Below, piece after piece: positions 35,340 through 42,985 of a stretch of DNA of 64,000 nt. A program made the translations under genes and the position numbers. A model generated the notes under the pieces. The model was not told where the DNA came from and ran no database searches. It saw nothing but the letters and a program-made list of their open reading frames with translations. Source of the DNA: an uncultured Candidatus Peribacteria bacterium (lineage in GTDB: Bacteria > Patescibacteriota > Gracilibacteria > UBA1369 > UBA12470); contig CAYFOI010000001.1 of the NCBI GenBank assembly GCA_964344725.1, positions 61,762 to 125,761 on the forward strand, written 5' to 3'. The stretch's first letter is position 1; each line of letters opens with the position of its first letter.

Positions 35340-37183
35340 TGACAAAGAATATTAAAAAAGGTGAATTAAAATTATACGAGCGCACGTCGAAACAAAAGAG
35401 ACGGGTCTCGTGGGTCCCGGCTCGCCTTGTTTCTAAGTTTAGTGAGGATGATTTTAATGAACAACAGCTGGGAGGGGGAGCCCGCGAGGGGGAACCTAAG
35501 GTACCCACTCGCGACAACTTAACAGGGTCGGATATAATAATGAAAAGCCTTATTAAAGAGGGAACAAAAGTCATATTCGGATATCCAGGAGGCGCGCTGA
35601 TCCCAATTTATGATGCAATGACCAACTATCCAGAGCTCAGGCATATCCTTGTAAGACACGAACAAGGCGCAGCTCTCGCCGCAGACGGATACGCTAGATC
35701 AACCGGCGAAGTTGGGGTTTGCCTAGGGACGTCAGGTCCAGGCGCAACCAACCTAGTCACGGGTATTGCAAACGCATACATGGACTCGGTCCCAATGGTT
35801 GCGATAACAGGACAGGTTAACAAAGGAATGCTAGGTAGCGACGCTTTCCAAGAAGTCGATATTACAGGAATTACGCTCCCGATTACGAAACACAATTATC
35901 TTGTCGACAATACAGAGGATCTCCCGATGATTATTAAGGAAGCTTTTTATATAGCAAAAAGCGGTCGCCCGGGTCCTGTGCATATCGATATTCCAGTCGA
36001 TCTTTGTAAAAAATCTTTAGACAGCTTTGAATATCCAGAAAAAATAGAAATCCCAGGCTTCGAAATCCCAGGTAAAGCGGACGAAGAAGCTGTGAAGAGA
36101 GCGGTAGAACTGATCCAAGAGTCAAAAAAACCGGTAATAATCTGTGGACATGGAGTTCCGATTTCAGGAGCATCCAAAGAGCTCACAGAACTTGCAGAAA
36201 GAAGCCACATTCCAGTAGTTCACACAATCCTCGGCAAAGGATCTTTCCCAGAAAGCAGTCCATTGTCATTCGGAATGCTAGGAATGCATGGTATGGCTTA
36301 TGCGAACTTCGCAGTTCATCACTCAGACTTAATAATCAATGTCGGATCACGTTTTGACGATAGAATTACAGGCAGCTTAGACGCTTTCGCAAAAGGAGCG
36401 AAGGTGATTCATGTCGATATCGACGCATCCGAGATCAACAAAAACGTTCCAGCATACTTGCCAGTAGTCGGTGACGCAAAAAAAGTCCTCAAGCAAATTC
36501 TCGAAATCCTGCCACACAAAAAACACCCAGATTGGCTTGATGAAATCGACGGATGGACTAAGAATTACCCACTCGCAGGCAAGGAAACAGAGATGCTCAC
36601 AGTTCCAAAAGTCCTTGTAAAACTGCACGAAGCAACAAAGGGTGATGCTCTTATAGTAACAGATGTAGGACAGCACCAAATGTGGTCAGCCCAATACTAT
36701 CCCCAAGACAAACCAAATAAATTCCACACATCAGGAGGTCTTGGCGCAATGGGATACGGACTCCCTGCAGCAATTGGAGCCCGTGTCGCAGATCCTGACG
36801 AAGAAATTTGGCTAATCAGCGGCGATGGAAGCTTCCAAATGAACATTCAGGAGCTTATGACAATTGTTCAGGAAAACATCGATATAAAGATCGCAATAAT
36901 GAACAATGGATTCCTTGGCATGGTCCGCCAATGGCAAGAAATGTTTTACGACAAAAACTACTCAGGCACACCGATAACAAGTCCAGATTACCAACTAATC
37001 GCAGAAGGCTACGGACTAAAACACTTAAGAGCTCGCACGGAGCAGGAGGCAGAAGACGTTATAAAAGCGGCTCGCGATCTCAAAGGTACGGTAATATGCG
37101 AATTTATAATAGAGCCAGAAGACAACGTATTTCCAATGGTCGCACCAGGCAAAGGACTAAAAGACACGTTGATTGGGAAATAG
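35339..37183 (+). CDS. ilvB: acetolactate synthase (AHAS) large subunit
   Basis: FGYPGGALIPIYDA, GLGAMGYGLPAAIGA, GDGSFQMN. The ATG overlaps the ilvD stop (TAATG). Homology starts near codon 62, and ATG 35540 is an alternative start. Confidence 0.9.
   Translation: MTKNIKKGELKLYERTSKQKRRVSWVPARLVSKFSEDDFNEQQLGGGAREGEPKVPTRDNLTGSDIIMKSLIKEGTKVIFGYPGGALIPIYDAMTNYPELRHILVRHEQGAALAADGYARSTGEVGVCLGTSGPGATNLVTGIANAYMDSVPMVAITGQVNKGMLGSDAFQEVDITGITLPITKHNYLVDNTEDLPMIIKEAFYIAKSGRPGPVHIDIPVDLCKKSLDSFEYPEKIEIPGFEIPGKADEEAVKRAVELIQESKKPVIICGHGVPISGASKELTELAERSHIPVVHTILGKGSFPESSPLSFGMLGMHGMAYANFAVHHSDLIINVGSRFDDRITGSLDAFAKGAKVIHVDIDASEINKNVPAYLPVVGDAKKVLKQILEILPHKKHPDWLDEIDGWTKNYPLAGKETEMLTVPKVLVKLHEATKGDALIVTDVGQHQMWSAQYYPQDKPNKFHTSGGLGAMGYGLPAAIGARVADPDEEIWLISGDGSFQMNIQELMTIVQENIDIKIAIMNNGFLGMVRQWQEMFYDKNYSGTPITSPDYQLIAEGYGLKHLRARTEQEAEDVIKAARDLKGTVICEFIIEPEDNVFPMVAPGKGLKDTLIGK
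35447..35513 (+). repeat. 67-nt G-rich hairpin module, copy 2 (inside annotated ilvB 5' end)
   Basis: See copy 1. The outer stem here is CGCGAG/CTCGCG. Confidence 0.9.
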
Positions 37184-37254
37184 TCAGTAGAAACTAACTT
37201 GCGCAAAGCGCTCCACTACTAAAATCCTCTAATCCTACAACCCTACAATCCTCC
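37181..37254. repeat. word array + GCGC-AAA-GCGC hairpin (37198-37214) + AATCCTNN 8-nt array between ilvB and ilvN
   Basis: TAGTCAGTAGAAACTAACTTGCGCAAAGCGCTCCACTACTAAAATCCTCTAATCCTACAACCCTACAATCCTCC, then ATG. Confidence 0.85.
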
Positions 37255-37722
37255 ATGAAAGCAGTCATCCAAATAATCTCAGAAGATCGTCCAGGCGTGC
37301 TCAATCGTGTCACAGCGCTACTACGTCGCAAACGCTTCAATATAATCGGAATCACAGCAGGACCTGTCCTCAGGCCGAACACATCCCGGTTTGCAATAAC
37401 GCTTGATGACACAGAAGAACGCATAGCAACGATCATGAAGCAAATCTACAAACTTGTAGAAGTAATAAGCGTAAAAAACATGGTTGCTGAGGGAGCTATA
37501 ATGCGCGAAATGCTACTTGCTGAATTTGAAAAAATGTACGAAATGCCCGAAGATATGAAAGAGTTCAAAGCAGAAATAATAGGTGAGGACGAGGGCCGTA
37601 CACTCGTAGAAGTAGTAGGATCTCCAGAAGAAATAGATAAATTTATAAATAAATTCCGCGACAAAGGCATGAACAGAATCGCACGAAGCGGAATCACATC
37701 ACTTAAATCACTAAAAACATGA
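37255..37722 (+). CDS. ilvN: acetolactate synthase small (regulatory) subunit
   Basis: ACT-domain start ISEDRPGVLNRVTALLRRKRFNI; ~155 aa; follows ilvB. Confidence 0.85.
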   Translation: MKAVIQIISEDRPGVLNRVTALLRRKRFNIIGITAGPVLRPNTSRFAITLDDTEERIATIMKQIYKLVEVISVKNMVAEGAIMREMLLAEFEKMYEMPEDMKEFKAEIIGEDEGRTLVEVVGSPEEIDKFINKFRDKGMNRIARSGITSLKSLKT

Positions 37723-38096
37723 AAGAAATCGTATCAACAGACCAGGCTCCAGCAGCAGTAGGACCGTACTCACAGGCTACAAAGGCAAACGGATTCGTAT
37801 TTTGCTCAGGACAAATCCCTTACACGCCTGCGGGAGAACTTGTAAGTGAAGATGTGGCCGAACAAGCGAGCCAATGTATGAAGAATGTAAAAGCTGTCCT
37901 CGAAGCTGCAGGATCAAGCCTCGACAGGATCATGAAAACAACAATCTTCCTTAAAGATATGGGAGATTTCAAAACAGTTAACGAAATATACGCATCTTTC
38001 TTCGAGTCGGACCCGCCAGCAAGAGCAACGGTAGAGGTTGCAAGGCTTCCATTAGATGTTAAGGTAGAGATTGACGCAGTTGCACTAACAAACTAG
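37719..38096 (+). CDS. ridA: RidA/YjgF-family reactive enamine/imine deaminase
   Basis: APAAVGPYSQA, GQIP, PARATVEVARLP; 125 aa. Confidence 0.85.
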   Translation: MKEIVSTDQAPAAVGPYSQATKANGFVFCSGQIPYTPAGELVSEDVAEQASQCMKNVKAVLEAAGSSLDRIMKTTIFLKDMGDFKTVNEIYASFFESDPPARATVEVARLPLDVKVEIDAVALTN

Positions 38097-38137
38097 AAAA
38101 CTAATTCTAGAATTCTAAAACTCTAAAATTCTAACCC
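38091..38137. repeat. CTAGAATT/CTAAAACT 8-nt word array between ridA and ilvC
   Basis: AACTAGAAAACTAATTCTAGAATTCTAAAACTCTAAAATTCTAACCC. The same family occurs at 1051-1081, 6645-6669, 9073-9105 and (inverted) 17603-17634. Confidence 0.9.
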
Positions 38138-38146
38138 ATATACACT

Positions 38147-39190
38147 ATGCAAATGGATTTCGGTGGCACAGTCGAAGATGTCATCACAAAACAAGAATTC
38201 TCAATGGACAAAGCTAGAGAAACCATGAAAGATGAAACTCTAGCAATAATCGGCTACGGCGTTCAAGGTCCTGGCCAAGCTCTCAACCTCCGTGACAATG
38301 GATTCAACGTAATCATTGGACAACGCGAAGGAGGGAGGTCTTGGGACAAAGCTGTTGAGGACGGTTGGGTGCCAGGAGAAACACTCTTTCCAATAGAAGA
38401 AGCTTGTAAACAAGGAACAGTGATCTTTGATCTACTTTCAGACGCAGGACAAAAAGAAGTTTGGCCACGCATGAAGCCTCATCTTACAGAGGGGAAGACA
38501 CTTTATTTTTCACACGGATTTTCAGTAGTTTACAAAGACCAAACCGGCGTAGAACCACCGGAAAACATCGATGTCATTCTCGTAGCGCCAAAAGGCCCAG
38601 GAGCATACCTAAGAAAACTCTTCCTAGAGGGGAAAGGTGTTAACTCAAGTTATGCTATTCACCAAGACTACTCAGGCAAAGCTCGCGAAAAAGCGCTAGC
38701 AATAGGCATCGGGGTAGGCTCTGGGTTCCTATTCGAAACAACTTTCGAAAAAGAAGTATGGAGCGACCTAACAGGAGAAAGAGGAGTGCTAATGGGAGCG
38801 CTATGCGGAGTTATGGAAGCTCAATACAACGAACTACGCAAACGCGGACATAGCCCAAGCGAAGCTTTCAACGAGACCGTAGAAGAAGCAACACGTAGCC
38901 TTATCCCGCTCATCAACGAGAAAGGCATGGACTGGATGTTCGCCAACTGCTCAACAACAGCTCAAAGAGGCGCACTAGACTGGCGCCATGAATTTCGCAA
39001 GGCAACGGAGCCTGTATTTGAACGTCTATACGATAGCGTCAAAAGTGGCGAAGAAACTCGCATAGTTCTCGAAGCAAACAGCGCCGCAGACTATCGCGAA
39101 AAACTCGAAGCCGAGCTAAAAGAAATGCGCGAATCAGAAATGTGGCAGGCGGGTGAGACAACACGAAAATTGCGTCCAGAGAACAACTAA
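38147..39190 (+). CDS. ilvC: ketol-acid reductoisomerase (class I)
   Basis: IIGYGVQGPGQALNLRDNG, LLSDAGQ, FSHGF, ...CSTTAQRGA. Confidence 0.9.
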   Translation: MQMDFGGTVEDVITKQEFSMDKARETMKDETLAIIGYGVQGPGQALNLRDNGFNVIIGQREGGRSWDKAVEDGWVPGETLFPIEEACKQGTVIFDLLSDAGQKEVWPRMKPHLTEGKTLYFSHGFSVVYKDQTGVEPPENIDVILVAPKGPGAYLRKLFLEGKGVNSSYAIHQDYSGKAREKALAIGIGVGSGFLFETTFEKEVWSDLTGERGVLMGALCGVMEAQYNELRKRGHSPSEAFNETVEEATRSLIPLINEKGMDWMFANCSTTAQRGALDWRHEFRKATEPVFERLYDSVKSGEETRIVLEANSAADYREKLEAELKEMRESEMWQAGETTRKLRPENN

Positions 39191-39221
39191 GATTGCATCG
39201 TAAAAGCTGATAAGCGATAAT

Positions 39222-39341
39222 AACTTTCGAACGGACCATGTCGGGCCGAAAGTTTTGTCAGCCAGCAGGCCGCGCCGAAGGCGCACAGGCCACAACGCTC
39301 GCAAGAGCGCAGTATATAAAAGTTTCGCCGTAAGGCGAAAC
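39222..39341 (+). other. cluster of four consecutive GC-rich hairpins downstream of ilvC (includes H1 copy C)
   Basis: AACTTTCG/CGAAAGTT (39222-54); H1 GGCCGCGCCGAAGGCGCACAGGCC (39268-91); CGCTC-GCAA-GAGCG (39296-309); GTTTCGCC-GTAA-GGCGAAAC (39322-41). None is followed by a T-run. Confidence 0.7.
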
Positions 39342-39386
39342 ACAAATTACTATGTACTACCACTACTAACTACACACTACACAAAA

Positions 39387-40568
39387 ATGCCATACTTCGA
39401 AATATTTCTACTTCTAGCCAGCGTTTGGGCCATCGGCCGCGTATTTAGGAAATTCAATTGGCCACCTTTATTCGGTGAGATCCTCGCAGGAATAATCGTA
39501 GGACCTGTTGTCCTCGGCGTTGTTGAAGAAAGTGAAGCGATCAAAGTTATGGCAGAGCTGGGTATATTCTTCTTAATGCTCCACGCAGGATTGGAAACGA
39601 GTCCAAAAGATCTTTTTCAGGCATCTAAGAGAGCATTTTTAGTAGGGGTTGGAGGAGTAGTTCTACCTTTTGTGTTTGGCTTAGGAGTTTCACATCTATT
39701 TGGATATTCGCTAGGGGAGTCGTTGTTTATTGCAATGGGGCTTTCTATTACAGCCATTGCAGTAAGTGCAAAACTTTTCAAAGACTATGCGATAATGAGC
39801 TCGAGAGTTGCACATATAACGATGGGTGCAGCCATAATTGACGACATACTTGGCCTCATACTCTTCTCGGTAGTTCTAAGTATTGCAGACAGCGGATCAG
39901 TAGATGTAGTCGCACTATCTATTTTGATAGCGAAGATCATGGCGTTTTTTGGCATAGTCCTGTTTTTGGGAAGAAAATTTTTCAAACAACTTCACAAAAT
40001 GCTTTATACTGGTAACAAAGCATTTACTTTCACTATAGTCATAGCACTAGCGTTTGGTCTTTTGTCTGAAGTGATTGGTCTCCACATAATTATCGGAGCA
40101 TTTTTAGCAGGACTTTTTATTAGAGAAGAAATCGTAGAGATAAGCTTGTTTAACAAGATAGAAGATCGTGTTTACGGACTCGCTTACAGTCTTTTTGGGC
40201 CGATATTTTTTGCGTCGCTTGCCTTTCATTTAGATTTTTCAGCATTTGAAACGGCAGCACTCTTCACGGTAGTTGTGATACTTATAGCGACTGCAGGGAA
40301 AATTATCGGATGTGGGCTTGCAGCTAGAGTGACAAAACTGGGGCCGAAGGAATCCCTAGGTATAGGTCTAGCAATGAATAGCCGAGGGGCGGTAGAACTT
40401 ATTATTGCTTCAATTGGTTTAGAATATGGTGTCATCGGAGCAGAAGTGTTCTCGATTTTAGTCGTAATGGCATTCGCAACCACCATAATATCCATAGTAG
40501 GATTGAAACCACTCGTAAAATACTTTCCAAAAGGCACAGCAGCATCAACGCCTAGGGAAGAAATTTAA
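39387..40568 (+). CDS. cation:proton antiporter (CPA2/Kef-NapA type)
   Basis: Start MPYFEIFLLLASVW...GEILAGIIVGP is typical. About 11 TM. The track start 39255 reads through the hairpin cluster and is rejected. Confidence 0.8.
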   Translation: MPYFEIFLLLASVWAIGRVFRKFNWPPLFGEILAGIIVGPVVLGVVEESEAIKVMAELGIFFLMLHAGLETSPKDLFQASKRAFLVGVGGVVLPFVFGLGVSHLFGYSLGESLFIAMGLSITAIAVSAKLFKDYAIMSSRVAHITMGAAIIDDILGLILFSVVLSIADSGSVDVVALSILIAKIMAFFGIVLFLGRKFFKQLHKMLYTGNKAFTFTIVIALAFGLLSEVIGLHIIIGAFLAGLFIREEIVEISLFNKIEDRVYGLAYSLFGPIFFASLAFHLDFSAFETAALFTVVVILIATAGKIIGCGLAARVTKLGPKESLGIGLAMNSRGAVELIIASIGLEYGVIGAEVFSILVVMAFATTIISIVGLKPLVKYFPKGTAASTPREEI

Positions 40569-40640
40569 GTAAGTTGCAGCAAAAATGGAAAAATTGAAGC
40601 AGATGATGTATTCTCAGACTGTTCTTTAACCAAAACAAAC

Positions 40641-41030
40641 ATGTCACCAAACACAATCGTCCTAGCCAAGCTATTAGGACCAATTTTTGTGTTCGCAGGA
40701 CTTGGAATCGCTGTGAACAAGAAATTGATGAAAAAGATCGTAGAAGATTTCGGCAAAAACTATGGAATGCTCTATTTCATGGGAATGTTCACTATGATCG
40801 TAGGTATGATCATGGTAATAACTCACACTATTTGGACTAGTATCCCTGCTGGAATTATCACGGTATTTGGATGGATGGCAGCTATCAAAGGAGCTCTACT
40901 GATGGTAATTCCGGATCATCTTATGAAGCTTTCAAAGAAAATGAGCAAGACGACAGATCTGTATGTGCTTATCGGAATAATTTGGGTTGGGCTAGGGATC
41001 TATATAGGGTACGTGGGGTATTTTATGTAA
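40641..41030 (+). CDS. small hypothetical membrane protein (4 TM)
   Basis: 129 aa, hydrophobic. Confidence 0.5.
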   Translation: MSPNTIVLAKLLGPIFVFAGLGIAVNKKLMKKIVEDFGKNYGMLYFMGMFTMIVGMIMVITHTIWTSIPAGIITVFGWMAAIKGALLMVIPDHLMKLSKKMSKTTDLYVLIGIIWVGLGIYIGYVGYFM

Positions 41031-41031
41031 A

Positions 41032-41802
41032 TTAATCATGTGTTAACTGAGCAAGGAGCAAACCGTCTTGATCGAGTTCGCTAAGATTTGCAAAAACCCA
41101 TTCTCCACCAAATTGATCGACGGCCTCATTAAGATGAGTAGAAACCAAATCGTTTCTTCTATCTGTGGGTAAAAGCGAATTTTCAGTAATAAAAACCTGG
41201 CGTCTGGTATTTGAAAGCAAGGCCAATATTTCTGGCAAATCTTGTCCAAAGACATGTCCTCTAAGAAGAGCGTGAGGAATCTCTCTTCTCAAAGCTACAA
41301 TGCCTTCTCTATGAGCCCTTCTGTGAAATTGTAGCTGCAGATCAAAAACGTCGCGATCTTCATCAGGAAGGCCTAAGCCCGTATCGATCAAAGTTACATT
41401 TTCTGAATCAGGAAGCCTAGCCCCAGGTCTAATAGTAGTGTCAACTACAGTAGGCGAATCAATCTGGAGACGCCCCCCATATTGCGCATAGAGTTGAGCA
41501 AACTGCTCATGCGGATCATTATCTGCCAATATGACTCTTTTAGCACGCCTTGCTACTTGCAAAGCAATTGGCACGACACCAGGCCCTGAAAACAAATCCA
41601 AAAGCTCGTCACATTGCAGTACCTTTAATAAGCCCAAAAAATAAGCACGTTGCATCGGTCTGCTTGCCTCCATCCAATCTCGAATATCTCGTCTTACCGC
41701 CTTTTCTGGCATGCCAGTCTGCCTAGATATATGACCAGCATGTATATCTTCCCTAGCTTTCCATGTTCTATCAAAAGGTCTTGTTTTGCCAAATAAAGGC
41801 AT
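41032..41802 (-). CDS. hypothetical protein with Rossmann methyltransferase-like motif I (Arg-rich)
   Basis: LLDLFSGPGVVPIAL...VILADND resembles SAM-MTase motifs I/II. I saw no clear (D/N)PP(Y/F) motif. Confidence 0.45.
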   Translation of the reverse strand: MPLFGKTRPFDRTWKAREDIHAGHISRQTGMPEKAVRRDIRDWMEASRPMQRAYFLGLLKVLQCDELLDLFSGPGVVPIALQVARRAKRVILADNDPHEQFAQLYAQYGGRLQIDSPTVVDTTIRPGARLPDSENVTLIDTGLGLPDEDRDVFDLQLQFHRRAHREGIVALRREIPHALLRGHVFGQDLPEILALLSNTRRQVFITENSLLPTDRRNDLVSTHLNEAVDQFGGEWVFANLSELDQDGLLLAQLTHD

Positions 41803-41824
41803 AAGCTACGCATTAGAAGGCGGT

Positions 41825-41853
41825 ATCATAAAACGAAGAAGGGCTCGCGTCAA
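41825..41853 (-). promoter_or_regulatory. promoter TTGACG-N17-TATGAT
   Basis: Read on the minus strand: -35 at 41853-41848 and -10 at 41830-41825. Confidence 0.5.
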
Positions 41854-41878
41854 GATCATGCGGAGTGCGGGACTGGGG

Positions 41879-42817
41879 CTATCGTTTCCTCTTCCTAGAA
41901 GCAATATATCTCTCGATAGCCTGTTTGGTTGTAACCCAGTTCCGCCCATCTTTGTGGGCTTCTAATTTTCCTTGAGTAGCCAATTTTCTTAAATAAGCTG
42001 CAGAATAAGGTGAATCTTTGGAAAGTTCCTTAAGGCTAATATATTGTTCATCTTTTTTTTGGCTAGGGCTCAAAATACCTAAATAAATATTCAAACTTCG
42101 AATAACAGCTTGCGCAATAAATTCGCAAAGTGGGGCATAATTACCATCATCAGCTAAAGACAAAACCCTATAATAACGTTTCCGATCATTCTTTAGGATA
42201 ACTGCAATAGGATAGCCTTTACTCATTATTAAAATATTCATAACAAGACGAGCAGTTCTTCCATTGCCATCCCAGAAAGGGTGGATATAAGCCAATTTAT
42301 GATGCAAGAGAGCAGAAAACTCTACAGGATGCAACTTCCTTTTATTATTAGAAGCCCAATCAATAATACTCTTCATTTGAGAAGGAACTTGCAAATAACT
42401 TGGTGGTTTATGATCAGCTCCCCCAATAATGACATCTCCGTCGCGATATTTACCTGCTATATCTCTTTGAGAATCACGAACAACTAAAGTATGTAACTCT
42501 TTAATCAAATGTTCGGAGATAGTATGCCTTTTACTGTTATCAATAAGTTCGTAAAGATATTCCAAAGCTTCTTTATGATTTTTTGCTTCCAAATGATCTT
42601 TTAAAGGTTTTTCTTTAATAGTGATGCCTTCTTGTATTACCCAGAAAGTCTCTTTTAGGGTAAGGGAATTACCTTCGATAGCATTAGAATTATAAGTCAT
42701 TTCTATTTGAAATTGCTCTCGAATTTTGGCAAGTACGCTAGGATGAATTGGCCTTAATGAGTTGAGTTTCTTAAGTTTCTCTTCTAGGGCACGAATTGTA
42801 TTTCCTGAAAGATGCAT
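41879..42817 (-). CDS. Fic-family AMPylase with intramolecular inhibitory motif and C-terminal HTH
   Basis: HPFWDGNGRTARL Fic motif; SNAIEGN matches (S/T)xxxE(G/N). The C-terminal ISLKELSKDSPYSAAYLRKLATQGKLEA is HTH-like. Start moved to ATG 42817 because a consensus promoter lies inside the longer track ORF. Confidence 0.8.
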   Translation of the reverse strand: MHLSGNTIRALEEKLKKLNSLRPIHPSVLAKIREQFQIEMTYNSNAIEGNSLTLKETFWVIQEGITIKEKPLKDHLEAKNHKEALEYLYELIDNSKRHTISEHLIKELHTLVVRDSQRDIAGKYRDGDVIIGGADHKPPSYLQVPSQMKSIIDWASNNKRKLHPVEFSALLHHKLAYIHPFWDGNGRTARLVMNILIMSKGYPIAVILKNDRKRYYRVLSLADDGNYAPLCEFIAQAVIRSLNIYLGILSPSQKKDEQYISLKELSKDSPYSAAYLRKLATQGKLEAHKDGRNWVTTKQAIERYIASRKRKR

Positions 42818-42850
42818 AAGGTTAAAATAAGGTACGATAGGCTCAAAAAC

Positions 42851-42879
42851 ATTATATCGTACCTTAAGCAATAAGTCAA
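42851..42879 (-). promoter_or_regulatory. promoter TTGACT-N17-TATAAT
   Basis: Read on the minus strand: -35 at 42879-42874 and -10 at 42856-42851. Confidence 0.6.
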
Positions 42880-42985
42880 TTTTTTATGCAAAAGCAACGT
42901 TGGCTCAGTGCTGTAAGGCGCAAAAATTTCGCAAAATTCCGTTTGGAGCTCCTTATGGAAGGAAGTGCGGACTGTGGTTGTCTTT

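Noticed and set aside
36808-37197. Arg-rich 129-aa ORF in an alternative frame of ilvB; likewise 48393..48749 (minus) opposite the Asp-rich protein gene
   Set aside because: Both lie entirely inside, or antisense to, strongly supported genes and have biased low-complexity translations. They are typical overprinted artefacts.
39255-39386. 5' extension of the antiporter ORF (MSASRPRRRRTGHNARK...)
   Set aside because: It is translated from the four-hairpin cluster and a CTAC word array. The conserved antiporter N-terminus begins at ATG 39387.
40569-41031. attR-like repeat of the tRNA-Gly 3' end that would delimit an integrated island
   Set aside because: I could not find TGGAGCGGGTAACGGGAATTGAACC-like sequence, or a long fragment of it, near 40570-41031 or elsewhere in the window. 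The block is therefore reported only as tRNA-adjacent, not as a proven mobile element.
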